A stretch of 63,594 nucleotides of DNA, the filler included, from Thraustochytrium aureum (lineage: Eukaryota), in the NCBI GenBank assembly GCA_012862495.1. It is 5 parts of 4 records of this genome, joined end to end, with 100 filler letters (N's around TTAATTAATTAA, not from the genome) between each part and the next. Parts side by side here need not be neighbours in the genome. Positions count along the whole stretch, not along the records: positions 1 to 14,530 come from BLSG01000152.1; positions 14,631 to 44,785 come from BLSG01000153.1; 3 more parts are not named here. The stretch is one strand, 5' to 3'. This document shows, piece after piece, positions 11,382 through 21,787 of this stretch. Each line of letters opens with the position of its first letter. Position 1 is the stretch's first letter. The position numbers and the translations under genes are program-made. The notes beneath the pieces were generated by a model. The model was not told the DNA's origin, did no database searches, and saw only the letters and a program-made list of their open reading frames with translations.

Positions 11382-12579
11382 GCAAAAGGTGGGAAAGGCA
11401 GGCAGCAGTCTGNNNNNNNNNNNNNNNNNNNNNNNNNNNNNNNNNNNNNNNNNNNNNNNNNNNNNNNNNNNNNNNNNNNNNNNNNNNNNNNNNNNNNNNN
11501 NNNNNNNNNNNNNNNNNNNNNNNNNNNNNNNNNNNNNNNNNNNNNNNNNNNNNNNNNNNNNNNNNNNNNNNNNNNNNNNNNNNNNNNNNNNNNNNNNNNN
11601 NNNNNNNNNNNNNNNNNNNNNNNNNNNNNNNNNNNNNNNNNNNNNNNNNNNNNNNNNNNNNNNNNNNNNNNNNNNNNNNNNNNNNNNNNNNNNNNNNNNN
11701 NNNNNNNNNNNNNNNNNNNNNNNNNNNNNNNNNNNNNNNNNNNNNNNNNNNNNNNNNNNNNNNNNNNNNNNNNNNNNNNNNNNNNNNNNNNNNNNNNNNN
11801 NNNNNNNNNNNNNNNNNNNNNNNNNNNNNNNNNNNNNNNNNNNNNNNNNNNNNNNNNNNNNNNNNNNNNNNNNNNNNNNNNNNNNNNNNNNNNNNNNNNN
11901 NNNNNNNNNNNNNNNNNNNNNNNNNNNNNNNNNNNNNNNNNNNNNNNNNNNNNNNNNNNNNNNNNNNNNNNNNNNNNNNNNNNNNNNNNNNNNNNNNNNN
12001 NNNNNNNNNNNNNNNNNNNNNNNNNNNNNNNNNNNNNNNNNNNNNNNNNNNNNNNNNNNNNNNNNNNNNNNNNNNNNNNNNNNNNNNNNNNNNNNNNNNN
12101 NNNNNNNNNNNNNNNNNNNNNNNNNNNNNNNNNNNNNNNNNNNNNNNNNNNNNNNNNNNNNNNNNNNNNNNNNNNNNNNNNNNNNNNNNNNNNNNNNNNN
12201 NNNNNNNNNNNNNNNNNNNNNNNNNNNNNNCGCTGTCGGCAACCTGGCGCTCTCCAGCGCGGCGCTCGGCGACTGGGACACGGCGCGTGCCTGCATGGAC
12301 AAGCACCTCCACCTCGTCCGCGACCTTCAAAACGCTGAAGCCGAGTCACTGGCTTGCCAGCAGCTGGGCCAGATCGCCAACAAGTACGGCAACTTTCAAG
12401 ATGCGACGCAGTACTTTGAGGAGGCGCGCAGAATAGCGTCAAGCTCTGGAGAGCGGGGGATGCTCAAGCTCCTCAATTGCAATGTAGGCGTGGCTGTGGG
12501 CAACTTGCGAATGGCCGAGTATATGCGCCAGCTGGGTCATGCGTGTCTTGGGAGCGAGGACGCCAAGGGGAGAGCATGA
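11294..12579 (+). CDS. TPR-repeat protein (TTC29-like), middle lost in N gap
   Basis: After the gap: AVGNLALSSAALGDWDTARACMDKHL..ACQQLGQIANKYGNFQDATQYFEEARRIA, which are TPR helix pairs. The 5' end at ATG 11294 is tentative. Confidence 0.65.
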
Positions 12580-12727
12580 CCGACGTGCACGGCTACATAG
12601 TCGCTTCGTGAAAGCGGGAGAGCCCTCCAAAACAAAACAAAACGAAACAAATGCAGAAAACCAACCAGTTTGTTGTGCGCTTGCGGTCGTCTTCAGCTCG
12701 CCAGCGTGCGTGTGACGGCGTTGAATC

Positions 12728-13852
12728 CTACAGTATGAAGGCCGGCCGCTTGGCAGCGCTGCGTGCGTCGGGTTTCGGCGCTCGACGCACACGTCGACTC
12801 GCGGCGTGAGGCTTTGGAGGGTGATGCGCGGCCTTTGAGGCGAGCACCTCGCGGATTTGCTGATTTTCGACGGCCTTCACTTCGACCAAGCGGATAAGTC
12901 GCTCGATTCGCTTCTCGGCTGTCACAAGTCGCTCTTGCAAGATGCTGTGGTCGCCTGAAAGAACGGCGATTGCAGCAGTAAAGTCATCCGCGAGCTTGCG
13001 GCGCTCCGCAGGGACGAGCGCGCCGGGGACTTTCCGAAGCTCGTGTTCGTGGCCATTCTGGACGAGCGCTGAGACGGTGCTGACAGCGCCTTGTACTGTC
13101 TCGAGGACGAGGCGGCGCTCGGTTCGCCCGAGATTAGCAATCTGGCAAGCGCTCAAGGCAGTGGGCTGGTGCTGCGGCTGGTGCGGCTGCTGGTGCTGGT
13201 GCGGCTGCTGGTGCTGGTGCGGCTGCTGGTGCTGGTGCCGGTGCTGCAGCGGCGGCTGCTGCTGCTGCTCCTGCTGCTGCTGCTCAGCAAGAAAAGCTGC
13301 CAGGGGCTTGCGTACTCTAGTCGCTGGAGCCTCCGGTTGCGACTCCTCAACTTGGTTTTGATCTGCAGGGTCTTGCTCGCTGGGCTCGGCATCCGTAGTT
13401 TTCTCTGGTACGCGGCTCGGAGGCCCTTGCTGCTTGAGTTGGACGAGAATGTCCTGGCACAATTGTTCGACAACTTCGCTTGGCGTCCCATTACAGCCGC
13501 TCAGGGTGCACAACGCTTTCGTGATCCGGCTGCGCGCATCGGTGTCGTGAAGGTTTGTCGCACCGCTGTAATAGTAGGCGAGCTCTAACGCGGCATCCAC
13601 AATGTTGATTTTCGAGGCCGTCGAGCAGGGCTCGGCCCGCTCGTACAGCTCGCGCCACGGGCACACAACTGGCGTTCTGCTGGCCAGAGACCCGCCGAAT
13701 TGATGAGTCGCAGACTTGACTTCGCAAGCGGCAGCCCGGTTCACAACATAGAAATGAACGAGCCACGCATGCCGCTCAGTGCCCTCGACGGAGACAAGGA
13801 TGTCGGCAGGGCCGCTCATGACGCTGCTCCCCAGCGATCTCGTGGTGCGCAT
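12728..13852 (-). CDS. Hypothetical protein with Gln/His-rich repeat and C-terminal coiled coil
   Basis: 374-aa ORF with a globular N-terminus, HQQPHQ repeats and a heptad region (LQERLVTAEKRIERLIRLVE). No family recognised. Confidence 0.65.
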   Translation of the reverse strand: MRTTRSLGSSVMSGPADILVSVEGTERHAWLVHFYVVNRAAACEVKSATHQFGGSLASRTPVVCPWRELYERAEPCSTASKINIVDAALELAYYYSGATNLHDTDARSRITKALCTLSGCNGTPSEVVEQLCQDILVQLKQQGPPSRVPEKTTDAEPSEQDPADQNQVEESQPEAPATRVRKPLAAFLAEQQQQEQQQQPPLQHRHQHQQPHQHQQPHQHQQPHQPQHQPTALSACQIANLGRTERRLVLETVQGAVSTVSALVQNGHEHELRKVPGALVPAERRKLADDFTAAIAVLSGDHSILQERLVTAEKRIERLIRLVEVKAVENQQIREVLASKAAHHPPKPHAASRRVRRAPKPDARSAAKRPAFIL

Positions 13853-14530
13853 ATGCTGCCCGCTGGGTTGGCTTGCGCTTGCTCTAGCGTTAGCTCGACT
13901 TGAGGCTGCGCGTTGTGGGTCTGCATTGGCCGTTGCTTGCTTCGAGCCCTGCAGTTGCGCGTGGTATTTGCAGGGCCCACCTTGACGAGCGAGTCTCTCA
14001 CGTTGCGCTCCCGGCGCGGCGCTGGCGAAAGCAGCCAGGAATCAGCGGTTGGCCGAACTTTCGCCGCCTCCAGGTCCAGCGTTACGGAGCGCAAGGTGGC
14101 CGGCCAGCCGCCGGTGGTTCATCGAGGCGATGACCTCCGAGAGGCCAAGCAAGACCGCCTCCCGGCCGCGTCCAAGCTCGCGCATGTCCTACGAGCGTCG
14201 CGCCGCGCGATCCGCCAAGCATCAAGCGCGCACGAGTCCGTGGAAACCTGAACTGGTTGATGGACCCCGTTGGTCCCGTCCGCCACGCTGGTGGATCGGA
14301 CCAGGGTCGCTCGTGGCCGCGGGCGATGTACGAGCTGTTCTCGCGCAGAGTGCTCTTCGGTTGCTCGATGAGCGAGCTCGTCGGTGTTCGTGGGGTGAAC
14401 GTGGACACGGCCATCCTCGAGGAGATGGAACAACTCGCCTCGCTCTCCATGCGCAGGGAGACAGGCAGATAGATACCTGTTGGGAGACGCGAAGGCGTGT
14501 GGAATCGGCGTGCCCGGCGCGTTGTCCAGG

Positions 14531-14630
14531 NNNNNNNNNNNNNNNNNNNNNNNNNNNNNNNNNNNNNNNNNNNNTTAATTAATTAANNNNNNNNNNNNNN
14601 NNNNNNNNNNNNNNNNNNNNNNNNNNNNNN
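14531..14630. other. Artificial scaffold-joining linker
   Basis: N44-TTAATTAATTAA-N44; the core has stops in all six frames and recurs identically four times. Confidence 0.97.
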
Positions 14631-15384
14631 GTGGCCCTCTCGCGCGACGGCGACCTCGTCGTTTCGGGGAGCGGCGACAAGACCATCCGCATTTGGAACG
14701 CCAAGTCGGGGCGGGAGCTCCGGCGGCTCGAGGGGCACACCCTCCTGTGTCACTGCCGTAGCATTCTCGCGCGACGGCGACCGCATCGTTTCTGGAAGCG
14801 ACGACGTGACCGTCCGCATCTGGGACGCACAATCGAGGCAAGAGCTCCGGCGGCTCCGGACGGACGGCGGCAAGGAGATGATTCAAGAGGTTCTGACGCG
14901 TGTTGACCTCGCCAAATATCACAGGGATTTGGTAGTTGAGTTCAACACGATCAAGAAGTGCAAGAAGCTCAACCACATTGACCTGCACCGAATTGGTGTC
15001 GTGTCCTTCGTCCAGCGGGACAAGATAATCGCTGCGTTTCAAGGCTACGGTGTCGTTTCCGTTGCCTTTTCGCGTGATGCGGGCCGCGTCACCACTCGGG
15101 ACACCTATGGCCGTGTGCTTGCGTGGTCGATGGCGACGGACGAGTTGATTCAGGACGCGGACGGGGCGGCGGTTTGGGCGCAGGAGGAGCTGCGGATGCC
15201 GGCGTTGACGAACGGGGGGACCACGGCATGTGCGGTGAGTGGTGCCGAAGCAACCCGCTCGGTGGGCTTCACCTGTGACTCCGCTATCGAGAGATGCGTG
15301 GCAGCAGGGAACGGGTTGTTCGTTGTGTTTGACAGCTCGCACCAGCTGTGCCTGCTAGAGCTGGTTCAACGGAACGCGCAATGA
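14631..15384 (+). CDS. WD40-repeat protein C-terminal fragment (HET-E/NWD-like repeats) with inserted SAM-like domain; 1-nt frameshift near 14741
   Basis: Near-identical repeats VALSRDGDLVVSGSGDKTIRIWNAKSGRELRRLEGHT and VAFSRDGDRIVSGSDDVTVRIWDAQSRQELRRL. SAM-like segment at 14878-15042. The 5' end is cut by the scaffold edge. Confidence 0.8.
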
Positions 15385-15394
15385 CACCGCACGA

Positions 15395-15669
15395 TGTGGC
15401 TCGTGAACGCTTCCTCCTTCCTTCCATTCGCGAGCGAAAAGAATCATTCTCTCGTGGACTTTGTGGCTACTTAGAAGTAGTGAACGCTTCCTCCTTCCTT
15501 CCATTCGCGAGCTAAAAGAATCATTCTCTCGTGGACTTTGTGGCTCGTGAACGCTTCCTCCTTCCTTCCGCTCGCGAACGAAAAGAATCATTCTCTGGTG
15601 GACTTTGTGGCTCGTGAACGCTTCCTCCTTCCTTCCTTCCGTTCGCGAACGAAAAGAATAGTTCTCTCG
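15395..15669. repeat. ~67-bp minisatellite, 4 copies
   Basis: Unit TGTGGCTCGTGAACGCTTCCTCCTTCCTTCC...GAAAAGAATCATTCTCTCGTGGACTT at 15395, 15462, 15539 and 15606. Confidence 0.9.
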
Positions 15670-16061
15670 CCGTCTTTGTGTGGGGAGGCATGCAGGCAGG
15701 CAGGCAGGCAGGCAGGCAGTNNNNNNNNNNNNNNNNNNNNNNNNNNNNNNNNNNNNNNNNNNNNNNNNNNNNNNNNNNNNNNNNNATGCAGGCAGGCAGG
15801 CAGGCAGGCAGGCAGTCCAACGATCGACAGTTCGAGGTCGCTATCTTGCGCGGCAGCTGCTGCTCGGCGGCCGGGAGCGTCTCGAGCGCTTGCCGCTGGC
15901 GCCGCCTGCCTCGCGCGAGCGCCTGGCTTGCTGCGCGCCCGCCTGGCTGGTGTCCCTGGCGGCAGGAAGACGGGAAGGCAGGCTCGGGCTGACGCACGCG
16001 CGACGGAGGCGGGCAGGCAGGCAGGGATTGAGGCTGGCTTGGCGGTGCGGCGCTGGGCGCG

Positions 16062-17573
16062 ATGGCCGATGGAGGCGAGGCGAAGGAGGCACTGGGCGGG
16101 ACGGATGCCGAGACCTCGAAGACGGTGAAGGAACTGATGGAGGGACACTCGTCGGACGGCGACGGAAGCAGCAGCAACGACGACGACGACGACTTGTTCG
16201 GCGAAGAGGATGACGAGGAAGAAGACGGGAAGGAGAAAAAGGAAAGCAAGAAGGAGGAGCCCAAGAAGAGCAAGCTGACCATCGACAAGCTGGACGAGTC
16301 GGACGACGAGCCCGAGATGACGCTGGACGACTTCAACAAGGTTTCCGCCGCGACGGCAGCTAGCGCAGGGAAAGAGCGCGCGTCGCCACAGAAGAGCAAA
16401 AAGAAGGGCACCTTCAACACTGCGCTCGACTCGTCCGACGAGGAGGACGAGCGAGAAGAAAAGAAACGGGATGGCGAGGACATGGAGGTGGACGACAACG
16501 GCGACCTGGTGCGGGCCCGCCGCCCAATCGAGTTCCCCAAGGCAATCAAGCTGCCACAAGGCAACATGCTCAAGCCCACCGAGGAGCTACGGCTGGGCAA
16601 GTTTCCCAAGTTCTTGCACCTGGAGAGCCGCTGCTACGACGCCAACATGTACAGCGAGCGGCGCGAGCTAGCGCGACTCGCCGCGATCGGCAAGGGGTAT
16701 GTTGGCGAGAATGTGATCCGCTGGCGCTACAAAAAGGACAAGACTGGCCAGCACGTCGTGGACAAAGAGAACCGCCGCGAGGTCGAGTCGAACTCGCGCA
16801 TCGTGCAGTGGTCAGACGGCTCGATGCAGCTCCTGGTGGGCGACGAGGTTTTCGATGTGCTCTTCAACGAGCTTTCCAACCAGTTTGTGTTTGCCATGAC
16901 CACTGACGAGGGCCTCGGCAGGCACTGCCTCGAAGGCCGCGGAATGATGCGCCAAGTGCTCAAGTTCCGTCCGCCGAGCCTCAGCTCTGCGGCGCACCGC
17001 GAAATGGAGCTCAAGGTCAAGGCCAAGATGCTAAAGTCCGTCAAGCTTAAGGAGGTGACGATCGACAAGGATCCGGAGAGAGAGCAGGACGAGCGCGAGA
17101 GGGCGGTAAACGAGCGCCTCCGGCTCCAGCAGCGCCAGCGCGCGCGCAACTCTGCCAAAAAGAGCCGCAGGCCCGGCCTGAGCGAAGAATACTTGAACCA
17201 AGGGGCCTACGATGACGATGACGAGGACGCGCCGCGCGGATCGATGGCCAAGGCAAAGGACAAGGTGTTCGGCCGGGACGAGAGCGAGGAAGAAGAATCC
17301 TTTAGCGACTCGGACTCGGACTCGGACGACGAAGAGGAGAACCGGAGGCGCAAGGCGCAGGCCAAAAAGCCTGCGCGAGCCAAGGCGTCGGACTCTGATA
17401 GCAACGCCGGCTCCGAGTCGAGTTCCGGCAACGAAAAGAAAGGTGCTTCCGGGGCAAGCAAGCGCAAGCTGGACGAGGAGGGGCCCGGCGCCGCGGCAGC
17501 GGACACCTCTGTTGCGGCCAGCTCGGGCATAAAGCGCACAAAAGTGATCGATTCGGACTCCGACAGCGACTGA
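16062..17573 (+). CDS. LEO1: RNA polymerase II-associated Paf1 complex subunit Leo1
   Basis: Leo1 core ENVIRWRY...VESNSRIVQWSDGSMQLLVGDEVFDV...LKFRPPSLSSAAHR, flanked by acidic D/E/S-rich tails. Confidence 0.9.
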   Translation: MADGGEAKEALGGTDAETSKTVKELMEGHSSDGDGSSSNDDDDDLFGEEDDEEEDGKEKKESKKEEPKKSKLTIDKLDESDDEPEMTLDDFNKVSAATAASAGKERASPQKSKKKGTFNTALDSSDEEDEREEKKRDGEDMEVDDNGDLVRARRPIEFPKAIKLPQGNMLKPTEELRLGKFPKFLHLESRCYDANMYSERRELARLAAIGKGYVGENVIRWRYKKDKTGQHVVDKENRREVESNSRIVQWSDGSMQLLVGDEVFDVLFNELSNQFVFAMTTDEGLGRHCLEGRGMMRQVLKFRPPSLSSAAHREMELKVKAKMLKSVKLKEVTIDKDPEREQDERERAVNERLRLQQRQRARNSAKKSRRPGLSEEYLNQGAYDDDDEDAPRGSMAKAKDKVFGRDESEEEESFSDSDSDSDDEEENRRRKAQAKKPARAKASDSDSNAGSESSSGNEKKGASGASKRKLDEEGPGAAAADTSVAASSGIKRTKVIDSDSDSD

Positions 17574-17810
17574 GAGCGACCGACACCGCGAGCGGCGACT
17601 TGCCAACCTAATCCTCTCGAGTTTGACTTTCTTTGCATGCTATCTCATTTGATTGATTGCTATCGTTTGCTTTGAAAATCCTTGTAAAGAGTCTGCAATC
17701 CGGCCCGCCCGTGTCATAAGGATGCGCCACGTTAGGATTCTCCCGCCGGGAGCCGTCGAGAGCGACGGATCCCGTTGTGGCGTCGTCGTTGGCAGCGCAG
17801 CGTGCCTCGT

Positions 17811-20378
17811 TCACTGGAACGCAACGTCTCCCACAGCAAACTCCTTCTTTTTCGCCTTGGGCATCGAGCTGCGCTCCACCGTAGAACGCGCAACCTCGCC
17901 CTGTTGCGCCTCCTTCTTGAGGCGCCGAAGCTCGTCTTCGAGCGCCCTTTTGCGCTTGTTCACTTCCTCCATCTCCTCGAGGTGAATCTTCTCTGCCGCC
18001 TCGCGGCCGATGCGTCCGTCAGGGTTGATCTTGGAGAAGATCGGGTTGATGTTGCTGTTCATCGTGATGGCGAGGTCCTGGTCGTTCTCAAAGCTTTTAT
18101 TCTTGCGGTCTAGAGCCTCGAGCTCGCGACGGAGTTGCTGGCGCTTGCGTACGATGCAAAAGATGATGGCGACAAAGACAAGGGCGACACCAAGGGCAGT
18201 GACGGCAATGGCCCAGACCGGGAGCCCACCGATATTCGTGACGACCTCGGTTGCCTCATTTCCGGCGTTAGCGCACGCAACCTCAAATTCGCGGTCCGTC
18301 GCGTTTGCGTACACGACAGTCCCGTTCGCGACCACTGTAGTGTTGCCAGACATGGTGTAGTTTGAGCAGGAAAGGCACCGCGACGAGTCCGAAAAGCTGT
18401 TTCCGTCACAGCCGATAAAGACAGTCAGACTGGTGCACCTTGATTCGCGGTTTTGGCTCGTGATGCTGCATGCCGCGCACACCGGAGCTGTAGACCCGCC
18501 ACACTGGCTGATGTACTCGCCGCTGCCGCAGATGCCAGTGCAAGGTTTGCAGGCGCTCTTCCCCTCTTCGTCTTGGTACTCGTCGGCAGGGCAGGGAGTC
18601 TTGACTCCGTCTTCGCAAGCGTGGCCCGTTGGGCAGATCTCGGTTGTGACGGACCTCGAAGCGTCGATACCAGTCGTAAACTCCCCCGGGGCGGCTCTCA
18701 GAACTTCTGTTCCCGTGCCGAGTGGGCAGTATACTTTNNNNNNNNNNNNNNNNNNNNNNNNNNNNNNNNNNNNNNNNNNNNNNNNNNNNNNNNNNNNNNN
18801 NNNNNNNNNNNNNNNNNNNNNNNNNNNNNNNNNNNNNNNNNNNNNNNNNNNNNNNNNNNNNNNNNNNNNNNNNNNNNNNNNNNNNNNNNNNNNNNNNNNN
18901 NNNNNNNNNNNNNNNNNNNNNNNNNNNNNNNNNNNNNNNNNNNNNNNNNNNNNNNNNNNNNNNNNNNNNNNNNNNNNNNNNNNNNNNNNNNNNNNNNNNN
19001 NNNNNNNNNNNNNNNNNNNNNNNNNNNNNNNNNNNNNNNNNNNNNNNNNNNNNNNNNNNNNNNNNNNNNNNNNNNNNNNNNNNNNNNNNNNNNNNNNNNN
19101 NNNNNNNNNNNNNNNNNNNNNNNNNNNNNNNNNNNNNNNNNNNNNNNNNNNNNNNNNNNNNNNNNNNNNNNNNNNNNNNNNNNNNNNNNNNNNNNNNNNN
19201 NNNNNNNNNNNNNNNNNNNNNNNNNNNNNNNNNNNNNNNNNNNNNNNNNNNNNNNNNNNNNNNNNNNNNNNNNNNNNNNNNNNNNNNNNNNNNNNNNNNN
19301 NNNNNNNNNNNNNNNNNNNNNNNNNNNNNNNNNNNNNNNNNNNNNNNNNNNNNNNNNNNNNNNNNNNNNNNNNNNNNNNNNNNNNNNNNNGGGCTCGGTG
19401 CCGTCGCTGTAGCGGCCTTCCGGACACTGGCTGCAGACCGTCGCCCCGGGGCTGCTCCACGTCCCGGGCCCACACAATCTTCCATCAGGCGCTGACGAAG
19501 TTGACATTGCCGGGCACAAGTAGCCGGCGTCGCAGGGCTTGCAAAGCGACGAGGGCTCGTCACTGTACGTTCCGACTGGGCACGCTACGCTCTCCTTCCC
19601 ATCACACTTGAATCCTGGGGCGCAGAGAGAGCAGTGCACTGATGTCGGGTGAACAAACTCGTTTGCGAGGCACGATGTGGCGGTCAGCCTCGTGACGGCC
19701 GAGCAGCTCCCGAACGGCTCGTTGAGGTTGACGCCCGCATTCAGTTCAAACGACGGATGGGGCTTGAGCATAAGGTCTAGCGTGAGCGTCTGGCCAAAGT
19801 TGCGCCCGATTCCGAAACGAGCTTTGTCGAAAGCAGTGTCGATGAGCTGTGATTGGGTGGGAAGCGCGAACGTGGCCTCACCCATTGGATACTCCACGAA
19901 GCTGTACGGGTTTCTGTTTACCATTTTGATCGTGATGTCTTCGCCATGCAGCGCACGGGCCCCAAGCTGGCCCTGAAAGAGTTGTTCCGTGAACGTCTCG
20001 CCGTTCGGCCCGGTGTAAGAACTTGTGTAGACCACAGAAGTCAGAAATCTTGGGGAAACGTCGCTCCGTTCAAACGTGCCTCCATCATAGAGCAGATATC
20101 CAAGCGAGGATACGGAGTCTTGCTTGTAGCCGCTTTGGAGAACTTGTTGGAGCTTGTAGTTGGGATGCCGCATGTCCTTGCAAGACAGGACACGGACTCT
20201 GGGCAGCGGTCAGCATGCCAGCTCCTCCACGCCCCCCGACCTGAATCGCGCGCGTGGTCGTGCACCGCGGCGCTTGCCACAAAAGCTCAACTTACTCGAT
20301 CTCGTACAGCCGCTCCCCCTGCGCCATCGAGGCCGTCCCAAGCAGGACGGCCAAAACCGCCTTGACACATCGCGACAT
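17811..20378 (-). CDS. Cys-rich type I membrane protein (GCC2/GCC3 or ephrin-receptor-like Cys repeats); intron 20295-20199; internal gap
   Basis: Signal-peptide exon MSRCVKAVLAVLLGTASMAQG splices in frame via GTAAG..CTGAC..CAG. Repeats CPVGTYS, CDAGYLC, CGPGTWS, CPADEYQDEEGKSACKPC. TM helix VWAIAVTALGVALVFVAIIFCIV followed by RKR and a cytosolic tail. Confidence 0.85.
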
Positions 20379-21787
20379 GCTGTCGCCTGATCTCCACGGC
20401 CCTCGCAGCGCTTGGGCCCACCACTCGCTCTTGCGCTTCACGTCAGTCTATCGACCTGGTCGCTCTCCGCAATCGCTTCGAATCGGCTCTGCCGGGTGCC
20501 AACAGCAACATTTCCTGCGAAGCGCCCAAAACAGTAGCTGCTCTCGTTTCCCTCGCGACAGGCCATCTGCAGCGGCCAACGGATCGAACGCTCTTCCTGA
20601 AACGCATTGCGAGGAGACACGAGCGTATGAACACGGCCTCCTGCCTGCAGCAGAGTGCGGCGCGCGAGAGCATCGCGAGGCGGTCAACTTCGAGAGGCTG
20701 CCAGCCAAACGTTCTCGCATGCAATTCCACAACGTGCGAAAACGATCCGTTGAGTCAACTTGCGTTTCGCAAAATTGGATATGCAAGGTGAGAGCTACTG
20801 GGTGCAGGTCAACCGGATATGATGCGCGTGTCCTGGTGTCCGCCGGCTAACGCGGTGGAACGCGACCGAGTGGGCTTGCGAGATCGGGCTGGATGCGCGC
20901 GCGTCGCAGGAGTTCCTGGGCCGCCGCCTCGTTCAGTTCAGAGTTGCTCAAGCTAGCTAGAGGTCTCTCTCTCTCTCGAGGCTTTCCCCGGGCGTTCGTG
21001 CAGAGGCCGTGGATGGCGCACCAATCTACGCTGCCGCTCGACCTAGCCGGCAGGCAACGAAGCGAGCAGGTCGTCACGACGCCCTGGCCCGACGCTCGCC
21101 GGAAGAGCGCGGCAAACAAGTTGCGGTTCGGCTGAATCGCTCCCCGACAAGCCGACAAGCGGCAGTCGCGCCCGACGGCAACCGCGGCCCAGTGCCGCGC
21201 TCCCGGCATGCGATCCGTGGGCTCGCGCCCGCCCCCGCACATGGACCAGGCAAGCACGCTCTCTCTAGCTGGAGCTCATGAGCTGGAGCAGGAGCGCCCA
21301 GAGGGGAAGGTTACGAGGTCTTCCACGCTCAAAAGCCTCAAGCGCAGCCGCAGCCAGCCGGGCGACCAGCCGACAGCGGCATCCTCACGCCAAGCCAGAC
21401 CTCCAGGATCGCGCCAGGAGCGCGCCAGGACGCCCGCAGCACTTGGCGGAGCGCCCCTGCGAGCAAGCGGTCAAGCAAGAGCGTCCCCACGTGCAGCATG
21501 GTCATGATTGATACTTTTGAGTCGAGTGCTCTACTAACCGTGCCAGCCTGGCGCAGATCCCGATCGGCAGCGGGCGCAGCGGGCAACGCACGGGGGCCGC
21601 AGGAGCGCTCGTAGATCGGCGACGTTGGCGCGGCGGCGGCGGGGGCTCGAGTGCGCTCCGCGTTTTGTTGAATTCCGCGCGAGGATCGGAGGATTTGGCC
21701 GGATTTGGGCCAGACTGGCGCGGATCGAGATCGGCCGCCACGGGGACGCGCCGCAGCTAGCTAGCGCCAAGCGAGCGCCGCTGCGAA

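Noticed and set aside
14575..14586. TTAATTAATTAA as a piggyBac TTAA target site or biological motif
   Set aside because: It is always centred in exactly 44+44 Ns, which marks it as a six-frame-stop assembly spacer.
15395..15669. CRISPR-like array (also considered for 567-684, 33577-33627 and 47779-47865)
   Set aside because: Units are contiguous with no unique spacers, there are no cas genes, and the context is eukaryotic.
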